This document shows, piece by piece, positions 41,422 to 49,831 of a stretch of 64,000 nt of DNA. The notes under the pieces were generated by a model. The model searched no databases and was not told where the DNA came from. It saw only the letters and a program-made list of their open reading frames with translations. The first letter of the stretch is position 1, and the number at the start of each line of letters is the position of its first letter. This stretch comes from an uncultured Bacilli bacterium (lineage in GTDB: Bacteria > Bacillota_I > Bacilli_A > RFN20 > CAG-826): assembly GCA_934140155.1 (NCBI GenBank), contig CAKPBC010000008.1:1-64000 (forward strand). The letters are read 5' to 3'. A program made the position numbers and the translations under genes.

Positions 41422-42044
41422 ATAAATTCTTCCTTTCTTAGTTTTTTACTATTTCCATCAAAAGAAGTTATATTCCAATAGTCATCATTTGTATTTCCAT
41501 AAAGTTTAAAATCGTTTTCATTTTGTTTATCACAATCATATACTTCGATTAAATTATCTAATGAAATTACAAGTTTATTATTTTTTTTAATGATATTGTT
41601 CATTACGCCTTGAGGTATAAAATCATCATGAAATTCATTGATTTCTGTTATTAGCATATTTCCCTCAATTCGATAGGCATTATTATCGATGATAATAATG
41701 ATTTCTCCATCAAATCCAATTGTATTATATTTTTCATTGTTTCTTAATTGATAAATATTTTTTAAAGATTCAATAATATCAAATTTTAAATTATTGATTA
41801 TAAATGGCAAATCAAATTGTTCAATATTTTGTAATCTCTCTTGAAATAACATTTTTAAATACAATTGAGCACTTTTTTGCATTTCAATAAATAAAATAGT
41901 AATGTTATGGTTAGGATTTTCAATGAATTGAATATCAGCATAATTCGAACCAGCATACTCATTTATTGTTTCAACCATTATTAATCTATGTTTAAAAGCA
42001 AAATCAAAACCTTTTTCGGCTTTTTTTAATAAAAATATATCCAT
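41409..42044 (-). CDS. Hypothetical protein of the HslV-like operon
   Basis: 211 aa, no recognisable motifs. Confidence 0.4.
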   Translation of the reverse strand: MDIFLLKKAEKGFDFAFKHRLIMVETINEYAGSNYADIQFIENPNHNITILFIEMQKSAQLYLKMLFQERLQNIEQFDLPFIINNLKFDIIESLKNIYQLRNNEKYNTIGFDGEIIIIIDNNAYRIEGNMLITEINEFHDDFIPQGVMNNIIKKNNKLVISLDNLIEVYDCDKQNENDFKLYGNTNDDYWNITSFDGNSKKLRKEEFIWDL

Positions 42045-42193
42045 AGTAAAACTCCTTATTGTATAGAATAAAAATTGTTGAATTTCAGTTATATTTAAAT
42101 TTAACGTCCATTCAACAAATTGATATGCATTGCTATTTCACTTATTTTTATAGCAATGCATATTTAGATTATATGTTAACTTTATTTTATCAC

Positions 42194-43483
42194 TTAAATG
42201 TTAACAATTTGTTTTAATTGTTTGATAGTAACAAATTTATTTTTTTCTAATGCCTTTGCCACTAAAGCAATTTCCTCTTTATATTGAGATACAATATTTG
42301 TAGCTTTTTCTTTATATTCTCTTAATTTAATATTTGCTAGTTCTTGCCCACGTTCATTTAATGAACGAGCAACATGGTTCTTTTTAGAATCAACTTGCGA
42401 ATATTCTAATCCAAATGCACCTTTTGCAATGCATAGTTCTAATGCTTTTGTTACTCTATTGATATCGTTAATAGAGTAATTTGATTCTTCTTGGAAGAAT
42501 ATATCTTGAACCGCTAATTCTGCTAAAGAGGCAATCGCATCATTTATCATTTGGCTATAAGTTCTATTTTCAATCACTTTATATGCTTGATCATAAACTC
42601 TATATTTATCAGTGATTTTGTTATATCCTGGGTCATCGGTAACATCAACATATGTATATTCTTTGTTAAGGATGACATTAGTTACTGTTTTAGCCGCAAG
42701 AGCATATATTGCTTTTTTGTTATCTAAGACATAATCAATGTAATCATATCCGAACAATGTTTTTTCAACATTTTTTATGATAATATCATCAGTTAATGTT
42801 TTATTAGATTTTCTAGCATCTTCAATTGATTTATTAATAATTTCTATTATTTCTAGGCTAGATGCTCCACATATTCTTTTAATAATAGTTTCAATGTCTA
42901 CATCTTTATCATTAATATCTTTTAAACAATTTTCAATGAGAAGTCTTCTTTCATCATTATCTGGTGATAATAATGTTACTCTTCTTATTAAATATTGCTC
43001 TTCTAAAGTTAATGGCAAATCAAATAATGGTAATCTAGTGGTGATAATAGCAAATACATTAGTAGTTGTTTTTAACTTTTCAACTAATTGATTTAGCATA
43101 TCTTTTTTTACATTACGATTAGTTTTAAGTTCTTCAAAGCTATCAAGTAATAATACTACAGTTTTAGTATGATCTAATGATTCTAAGATAGACTTAAACT
43201 TTGTACTAGGATCTTCGCTATCAATTAATTCTTTGCAATTAATTTCTTTTGAAGCAACTCCACTATTTTCAATGATTGCTTTAGCTATAGTTGTTTTGCC
43301 GTTTGCGGCTTCACTTTCAATAGCGAATGCTTTTGGTAATTCTTTGAGTTCTTTTTGATATTCTTCATAATTTTTAAGAAGATTGATAATTTTAATTGCT
43401 TCTTCTTTTGCTGCGTTATATCCGATAATTTTATTTAATGATTTATATTCGTTTGTGTTAGTCATAGTTTTAATTTCCTCCAC
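42194..43483 (-). CDS. FtsH-like AAA+ protein lacking TM segments, with degenerate Walker B and inactivated M41 zinc site
   Basis: AKEEAIKIINLLKN..ANGKTTIAKAI vs FtsH AKEEL..GPPGTGKTLLAKA; LLLDSFEE instead of hhhhDE; AIITTRLPLFDLP (sensor 1/SRH); YALAAKT in place of HEAGH. Confidence 0.6.
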   Translation of the reverse strand: MEEIKTMTNTNEYKSLNKIIGYNAAKEEAIKIINLLKNYEEYQKELKELPKAFAIESEAANGKTTIAKAIIENSGVASKEINCKELIDSEDPSTKFKSILESLDHTKTVVLLLDSFEELKTNRNVKKDMLNQLVEKLKTTTNVFAIITTRLPLFDLPLTLEEQYLIRRVTLLSPDNDERRLLIENCLKDINDKDVDIETIIKRICGASSLEIIEIINKSIEDARKSNKTLTDDIIIKNVEKTLFGYDYIDYVLDNKKAIYALAAKTVTNVILNKEYTYVDVTDDPGYNKITDKYRVYDQAYKVIENRTYSQMINDAIASLAELAVQDIFFQEESNYSINDINRVTKALELCIAKGAFGLEYSQVDSKKNHVARSLNERGQELANIKLREYKEKATNIVSQYKEEIALVAKALEKNKFVTIKQLKQIVNI

Positions 43484-43632
43484 ATATTTTTGTTTTATAA
43501 ACTTTGTTTTCTATTTTTAAAAAGATAATGATATTTTGATTTTTAATTATTTATGATTTTTTAATTTTTAATTTTTAAGATATTTACCGAATCCCTATTT
43601 GATAAAGGATTCGATAAATTATATTTTATGAG

Positions 43633-43872
43633 TTAGTTATCTTGCCATAGGCATCTAAATGCCTTGAGGACAAAATATAGACCAGACTTTCTAAAGAAGA
43701 TGTCATGAAATACTCCACCGCATCCGCTTCTTCTCATCGTTCTATAATTTATAGCGAAGATAAGTAATCCAACTATACACATAAGCCAAGCAAGTGCGAA
43801 GCAAATAACGAACGCTACCACTAAGAACAAGCTTGCAATTACTCTAGGGACAAATAATAATGCTTTTTTCAT
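43633..43872 (-). CDS. Small membrane protein (79 aa)
   Basis: Two hydrophobic helices, C-terminal Cys/Arg-rich tail. Confidence 0.4.
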   Translation of the reverse strand: MKKALLFVPRVIASLFLVVAFVICFALAWLMCIVGLLIFAINYRTMRRSGCGGVFHDIFFRKSGLYFVLKAFRCLWQDN

Positions 43873-43907
43873 AATTTTAATTTCCTTTATAAAATTATTT
43901 TTAAGCT

Positions 43908-45176
43908 TTAATTAATTTTAATAAATTCTTTAAATTGCTCTGCAGTTATGAATTTCTTTGTTGTTAATTTTTTGGCAATTAATTCGATTTCGTGTCGATA
44001 TTTAATTACAATTTTAGTTGCTTTATCTTTATATTCGATTAATTTGTTATTTAACAACTCTTTACCATGCTTATTTAAAGAAGTATTTACTCCGTGTCCT
44101 TCATAGTCTGGTTGAGTGTAACCTAACCCAAGGGCACCATTTTTAATATATTTCTCTAATAATAAATAAGCTTGGAATGTGTCATTCGAAGAATAATTAG
44201 ATCCTTCTAGGAAGAATACTTCTTCTGATGCTAAACCTGATAATTCAATAATTATTTCATTTAATTTTTCGTTAACAGATTTATTATCATCAATTGATAT
44301 TTCATCATAGTAGTTATCTAAATGAGTAAGTACTTCATAATCATCAATATCTGATATATCAATGTAATCATATTCTTTATTTAAAACAAGATTAGTTACT
44401 GCTTTAGCAGCAAGGCGATATGCTGTTTTTTTGTTAGAAACGATATGCTCATGATAATCATAGCCCATTAATAATTTACCAGCATTTTTTACAATGATAT
44501 CATCAGTTAATGGTTTATTTAATAATTTAGCATCTACAATTGATCTATTAAGAACTTGAATTGTTTTTAAGTTTGATGCACCATTTGTTCTTTTAATGAT
44601 TGTTTGAACATCAACATTTTTGTTTTTAACATCTTTCAAACACTCTTCAATTAAGAGTGCTTTATCTTCTTTGTTTAATGATGGCATTGTTAATTTTTTA
44701 ATCCAAGAACGATCTATAGATGGTAACAACATCCAATTAATAAGCATTTCTGAAGCAATAATGACAAATAAGTAAGGATTGCTTTTTAACTTTGTTAATA
44801 ACATATCCATTATTTGTCTTCCCTCATTGGAAGTAAAATCTATTTCTTCAAAGTTATCAAGGAAGAATATAGTTGTTTTTGAATCTCTTACCTTATTCAA
44901 TAACATTTTTACTTCCTCAATTGCACCAACTTTTATTAGCAATTTGCAATCAACTTCTATTGAATTAACTTGATTACTTTCAATAATTATATGAGCTAAA
45001 GTTGTTTTTCCATTACTTCTATCGCCTTCAATTACCAACATTCTAGGTTGACACTTTGATGTTGTTTGATTTTCTTCAAGGTTTTGAAGAAGATCAATAA
45101 TTTTTTCTGCTTCTTTTTTAACTTCGTTACATCCAATAAGTTTATTTAATTTTGTATATTTGTTTGTGTTAGTCAT
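43908..45176 (-). CDS. FtsH-like AAA+ paralog 2 (GDRSNGKTT Walker A, FLDNFEE Walker B-like, no HEXXH)
   Basis: Paralogous to 42194..43483 over its full length. Confidence 0.6.
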   Translation of the reverse strand: MTNTNKYTKLNKLIGCNEVKKEAEKIIDLLQNLEENQTTSKCQPRMLVIEGDRSNGKTTLAHIIIESNQVNSIEVDCKLLIKVGAIEEVKMLLNKVRDSKTTIFFLDNFEEIDFTSNEGRQIMDMLLTKLKSNPYLFVIIASEMLINWMLLPSIDRSWIKKLTMPSLNKEDKALLIEECLKDVKNKNVDVQTIIKRTNGASNLKTIQVLNRSIVDAKLLNKPLTDDIIVKNAGKLLMGYDYHEHIVSNKKTAYRLAAKAVTNLVLNKEYDYIDISDIDDYEVLTHLDNYYDEISIDDNKSVNEKLNEIIIELSGLASEEVFFLEGSNYSSNDTFQAYLLLEKYIKNGALGLGYTQPDYEGHGVNTSLNKHGKELLNNKLIEYKDKATKIVIKYRHEIELIAKKLTTKKFITAEQFKEFIKIN

Positions 45177-45333
45177 ATATCGTTTATTTCCTCCACATAT
45201 TTTTTTCTGCTTTAATTTAATACAAGTTATTCGATTTTTTATTTGGTTTTGTGTTTTCTATTTTCTTCAAACACTAATTGATATTTAATTTTTTGTAAAT
45301 CTTTATATTTAATTTTTAATATTTAGTGAATCA

Positions 45334-45453
45334 TTATTTATTAATTAAAGATTCTATGAATTTAATGGTTGCTGTTATCCAACCATAGTAGCAAGCTGCA
45401 TAGCCAAACGCTATGCAGAGTATTGATGAGAAAATGCTTTTGATTACTCTCAT
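45334..45453 (-). CDS. Unlisted small hydrophobic peptide (39 aa) with GGAGGG RBS
   Basis: ATG preceded by GGAGGGATTTAA; MRVIKSIFSSILCIAFGYAACYYGWITATIKFIESLINK. Confidence 0.35.
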   Translation of the reverse strand: MRVIKSIFSSILCIAFGYAACYYGWITATIKFIESLINK

Positions 45454-45539
45454 TTAAATCCCTCCTTTACTAAGATTTGTAGACTAATAATTAATCCTCC
45501 TTCTTCGTAAATAAGATAATTTCTAGATAGTATTTACTG

Positions 45540-45731
45540 TTATACTATTGATGTAATGATGAGAAATACTCCACCAACTAAAGCGCCTAATGCAATTATG
45601 ACAAACATAATTCCATAAAAGCCTCTTAAGTTCTCTGGTGTTCTCTTTATACACAAGATTGTAGATACAATTGCAAATGCGATGAGTAATACTCCAATAA
45701 TCACATTTGTGACAAGTGATAATAGAATCAT
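45540..45731 (-). CDS. Small two-TM membrane protein (63 aa)
   Basis: RBS GGGAGG; two hydrophobic helices. Confidence 0.45.
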   Translation of the reverse strand: MILLSLVTNVIIGVLLIAFAIVSTILCIKRTPENLRGFYGIMFVIIALGALVGGVFLIITSIV

Positions 45732-45804
45732 TGATGTTTCCTCCCTTCTTTTTAATAATCTATGAAGTCTTTGTTCATAGACAAACGCTAGTATACGGGT
45801 TAAT

Positions 45805-45823
45805 GTTACATTATTGATGTAAC
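45805..45823. promoter_or_regulatory. Palindromic box GTTACAT-TATTG-ATGTAAC (copy 1)
   Basis: Perfect 7-5-7 inverted repeat; identical extended 24-mer at 46510. Confidence 0.5.
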
Positions 45824-45899
45824 AAACTTTTTTTTGTTAATTTTTTTTTAAAATAATTTAAGTTATTTTTTTTGTATGCGATTTTTCTTTTATATATCC

Positions 45900-46328
45900 T
45901 TATATTAATATACTAGTCTCAATACTATTTCCGTTTAGAAGATTTAACCTAATGTCTTTATCACATTCTTCACACATAGCGTCATATCTTAGCCTTTGCC
46001 ATGTGTTCTTTTTTTTGTATTTAAGATTATTACGTGTTTCCCAGAATATTTCATCTTCCATATCACATAAGCGATTTTGTTCTTGAATAGAATGAACCTT
46101 GAAGTATGGATCATTATTCATTTCTTTAATTTCTAAATAATATTCTTCAACTGTAATTCTTTCAACGTATCTAATTGCGTCTTTATGGTGATGTTTTACT
46201 CTTGGAAATGCTCTTGCTAGTTTAGCGGCTTCTTCGCCATCTTCCGCTCGAAGGAATAACCATTTAAGGACATATCTGTTTTTTCCTACATGTCCACATT
46301 TAGCAAGTACTTTATAAAAATTATTCAT
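45900..46328 (-). CDS. Hypothetical protein (142 aa)
   Basis: ORF with RBS; no family recognised. Confidence 0.4.
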   Translation of the reverse strand: MNNFYKVLAKCGHVGKNRYVLKWLFLRAEDGEEAAKLARAFPRVKHHHKDAIRYVERITVEEYYLEIKEMNNDPYFKVHSIQEQNRLCDMEDEIFWETRNNLKYKKKNTWQRLRYDAMCEECDKDIRLNLLNGNSIETSILI

Positions 46329-46509
46329 ATTAACTACCTCCTTATTTAGTTGTTAATTTAGAAGTATAAATATTGGTATTTAATTTTTATTGACGCCACT
46401 AGTTTGGCTATATATGCATTAATTATGGTAATTAACGCTTTAACTACTATCCTCCTTTCTTTTTTCCTATGTGCTCTTTCACATAAGCAAAGCAATTTTA
46501 AACTAATAT

Positions 46510-46528
46510 GTTACATTATTGATGTAAC
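46510..46528. promoter_or_regulatory. Palindromic box GTTACAT-TATTG-ATGTAAC (copy 2)
   Basis: Identical to 45805 copy including flanks TGTTACATTATTGATGTAACAAAC. Confidence 0.5.
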
Positions 46529-46582
46529 AAACATTTTTTATTTATTTCTATATGAATAAAATAGAATAATCATACTTATTAT

Positions 46583-47650
46583 TTAATCACCTGACTTAAA
46601 GTTAAATCTATTATAATTTTCGATAATTTTCGAGCAAATGATTGACGAAGAAAAATTAGAAAGGGCAAACACTTGTTTACTTAGTAGTAAATCATAATCT
46701 GTTATTGAATCAATAATGTCATCTATATTAGTTTCAGAATAATTGTATAATAATGGCATATCAATTTCTTTTAATAACTTATTAGCATCTGAAATAACAA
46801 TAGTGCCCTCCATAATTGAATAGCTTACCCTATCATGAATGCAGTAATCAAAATTAGGATTGCAATTCAAGATATACTTATATTTTTTAGATGTTGATAT
46901 TATTTTGTTGTAATTAAGCGGATTAATAAAAACAACATTTTTTGAAAAAATCAAATTATCTGGATTGTTTGAAGCAATTATTACCATATGCTTTTTTATA
47001 GAAGAAATTGATTTTAATCTTTTTTGTATTCTAATATATCCGTTAACTATTTCGAAAAATTCTTTTTCATTAATAATTTGATGTGTTTCTCTATAATTGC
47101 AATAAAATTCTCCAAAACTTGAATCAAAATCATATTTATCTAAAAAATCAAGTATTAACTCTTTTTCTTTGCTTTTATCTATTAAATTTTCAAAAAAACT
47201 TTTACTTTTTATTTTTATTGGCGCAAATATGGCATCTATTTTATTTTGACATCTTCTTGTTTGAGTTTTAAAAGGAATTGGCAAGGTCAAATAATCACTT
47301 CTATTATTTTGAATAAACAATTTAAAACTATTATCTATAAATATCATACGATTATATTTTGAATAATAATCACAGTTATCGTATCTTAATGGATTATCAA
47401 TTATCCACTGATAATTAATAACTTCGTATAAGTCATATAATGGTTTTTGATCTTTATAAAAATGATATTGCCCAATATTTAATGTAAAATTTATGCGTTT
47501 ATTAGTCAGACAATAAATTGCTTCATCAATAGTATTAGCAATAAAAATATGTATATGATTATTAATAAACATATCAATAATAACTTTATAAAATTCATCA
47601 AAAGAGTTATATACTCCTTTATAGTTATCTTTTAAAATTAAAACATTCAA
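46583..47650 (-). CDS. Hypothetical protein, possibly degenerate GT-B glycosyltransferase-like
   Basis: C-terminal HDRVSYSIMEGTIVISD resembles GT4 E-x7-E region. Confidence 0.3.
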   Translation of the reverse strand: MNVLILKDNYKGVYNSFDEFYKVIIDMFINNHIHIFIANTIDEAIYCLTNKRINFTLNIGQYHFYKDQKPLYDLYEVINYQWIIDNPLRYDNCDYYSKYNRMIFIDNSFKLFIQNNRSDYLTLPIPFKTQTRRCQNKIDAIFAPIKIKSKSFFENLIDKSKEKELILDFLDKYDFDSSFGEFYCNYRETHQIINEKEFFEIVNGYIRIQKRLKSISSIKKHMVIIASNNPDNLIFSKNVVFINPLNYNKIISTSKKYKYILNCNPNFDYCIHDRVSYSIMEGTIVISDANKLLKEIDMPLLYNYSETNIDDIIDSITDYDLLLSKQVFALSNFSSSIICSKIIENYNRFNFKSGD

Positions 47651-47683
47651 TGTACATTTCTCCTAATTCATAAAATCTTTATA

Positions 47684-48544
47684 TTAATAATTCTTAGTCC
47701 ATTCATCTTTTTGCTTTTTGGAAACACTCCATTTTGTTCTAGGATTATTCTTTTCATTTATATGGCAATACTTACAAAATTTATTAGGTGTCCTTAAAAA
47801 ATCTAATATCTCTTTACTTGAATGTTCATATATATCTATACCTGTATTAGTAGTATCATATTTTTCATTAAAATATTCATTAAATAAAGGAATATATGCG
47901 GCATGTGGGCAAAAATATAACATTCCATCACGCAAATTGCAACAATTATTAGCATACTTACATTCTAAAAAAGTTTTTTTGTAATCTAATAAATCCATTT
48001 TACTCAACCCCATATTTTTCCAAACATTATTAGTGGTTCTAACATTAAATGTTTCAATCATTACTTGTTTACTTTTTACAAAACGATATAATTCTTCATA
48101 ATCAATACCTATTGGATATGTAGAAACACATATTTCCACATTATTTTTCTTACATGCATCAAAGAATTTTTCGGGCATGCTTTTAATTAAAATTCCATTT
48201 GTAATTAATTGAAGTTTCGCATTCGGCAAGCAGCATCTAGAAATATCTAAATATTTAATAATATTGGGATTAGTTAATGGTTCACCGCCCATAATATGTA
48301 ACTGTTTGCAATTTTCTCCAAATAGTTCATAAATTCTTTTCAAATCTTGTTCATATTTATCTAATTCATAAATAGAATTTTTTTTAGCCAATGGTGAAAA
48401 ATGGTCACATCCACTGCAATTCAGATTACATGAATCAATAACATGAACTTCAAACCAAAATGGAATTCTTTTGGATTTTTTTCCTATTATTTTATATTTT
48501 ATTATTTCCATTTGCTTTGATATTTCACTTCTTTTTTTTATCAT
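47684..48544 (-). CDS. Radical SAM enzyme with C-terminal auxiliary Cys cluster
   Basis: CNLNCSGC (CX3CX2C), GGEPL, C-terminal CX5CC..C and CKYC. Confidence 0.65.
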   Translation of the reverse strand: MIKKRSEISKQMEIIKYKIIGKKSKRIPFWFEVHVIDSCNLNCSGCDHFSPLAKKNSIYELDKYEQDLKRIYELFGENCKQLHIMGGEPLTNPNIIKYLDISRCCLPNAKLQLITNGILIKSMPEKFFDACKKNNVEICVSTYPIGIDYEELYRFVKSKQVMIETFNVRTTNNVWKNMGLSKMDLLDYKKTFLECKYANNCCNLRDGMLYFCPHAAYIPLFNEYFNEKYDTTNTGIDIYEHSSKEILDFLRTPNKFCKYCHINEKNNPRTKWSVSKKQKDEWTKNY

Positions 48545-48550
48545 AAATAT

Positions 48551-49831
48551 TTACCTCCTTTTTATCGCCTTTATAACAAAGGAAGTGGGATACTTTTCCT
48601 CATGATATCTAAGTTCATCAAATAAACTTATATTAAATTTTGTTAATAAACTTGAAAAAATATCTTTCAACATATATTCTCTATATAAACATTTAGGATA
48701 CTTTTCACTTCTTTCAAAATTATAAGGCATATATCCGTAAAATGGCGAAGAATAAAAATAATCATCATTAATTTGAACAGCCAAAGATTTATTATCTACT
48801 AATTTTAAAAAAGGGTGAAAATCATGCAAAATATATACACCATTGTCTTTTAATAGCGATGCCACATTTTCCATGAAAATATTGATATCTAAAAAATAAT
48901 GTAAAACACCAACTGTAGAAATTACCATATCAAACTTATTTCCACAAGTTTCAATTTTTTTAGACAAATCAACATTTATATATTCTAATTTTTGTTGCAA
49001 ACAATCGGCACATTCACTTGCATATTTTTTTCCAGAAGTAGAATAATCGAAAACAGTAACGTGAGCACCATTTAAAACCAAAGAATTGGCTAATCTGCCA
49101 CAGGAATCACATACACAAGCAATTTTTTTTCCTTTTATATCTCCAATATATGGATAATATTTTTGAAAAATATTGTCTTTACCATTATATAAATTTCTTG
49201 CCATTACATCAGGTGTTCCATATCTTTTTAACCAATAATCATAAGTTTTAAAATCCCATGCTATTCTATTATTTGATGAAAATTCTTTTTCTCCCAAAAT
49301 TGATACAATTTCGTATAAAGGATCTCTACTGCATCCAACAATATTAAGCTCTTTTTCAATGATGTGTTTTAATTTTTGAATTTCCTTTACTTGATATAAA
49401 GCAATATCTTCTATGGAAAAATCATAAACACTTTTTAATCCATTTGTATCAAGCATTCGTTCATATATTTTACGCGGATTTGTTTTCAAATAAAAATATA
49501 CATCACCAATTTTATGATAAGAATCAGGTCTAAAATCAAGAAGAGTTTTATCTTTTAATAAATAACCAGCATGATAATCTAAAAAAACATATCTATATTT
49601 AGAATTATATTTTAAAATTTGTTGAAGAGATAATTCATATAGTTTATTTTGCTGATTCAATGTTAATGAACCATTATCTGCTTTTCCAAATAATTTAATA
49701 GATAATTCATCTTGTATTTTATTCCTTTTTATATGCACAGCATCGTTACCATAATAATTTAAAAGACGTTTTATTAAAGTTGTTTTTCCACTTCTTTGAA
49801 CTCCATATATAAGAACTATCATTTTATTCAT
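48551..49831 (-). CDS. P-loop kinase-like domain fused to class I SAM-dependent methyltransferase
   Basis: GVQRSGKTTL Walker A; C-terminal MTase motifs (ACVCDSCGRLA, DMVISTVGVLHYF). Confidence 0.5.
   Translation of the reverse strand: MNKMIVLIYGVQRSGKTTLIKRLLNYYGNDAVHIKRNKIQDELSIKLFGKADNGSLTLNQQNKLYELSLQQILKYNSKYRYVFLDYHAGYLLKDKTLLDFRPDSYHKIGDVYFYLKTNPRKIYERMLDTNGLKSVYDFSIEDIALYQVKEIQKLKHIIEKELNIVGCSRDPLYEIVSILGEKEFSSNNRIAWDFKTYDYWLKRYGTPDVMARNLYNGKDNIFQKYYPYIGDIKGKKIACVCDSCGRLANSLVLNGAHVTVFDYSTSGKKYASECADCLQQKLEYINVDLSKKIETCGNKFDMVISTVGVLHYFLDINIFMENVASLLKDNGVYILHDFHPFLKLVDNKSLAVQINDDYFYSSPFYGYMPYNFERSEKYPKCLYREYMLKDIFSSLLTKFNISLFDELRYHEEKYPTSFVIKAIKRR

Noticed and set aside
42777-43091. 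104-aa plus ORF opposite AAA gene
   Set aside because: Antisense shadow
44779-44973. 64-aa plus ORF opposite AAA paralog
   Set aside because: Antisense shadow
47083-47984. Plus ORFs opposite island genes
   Set aside because: Antisense, AT-rich
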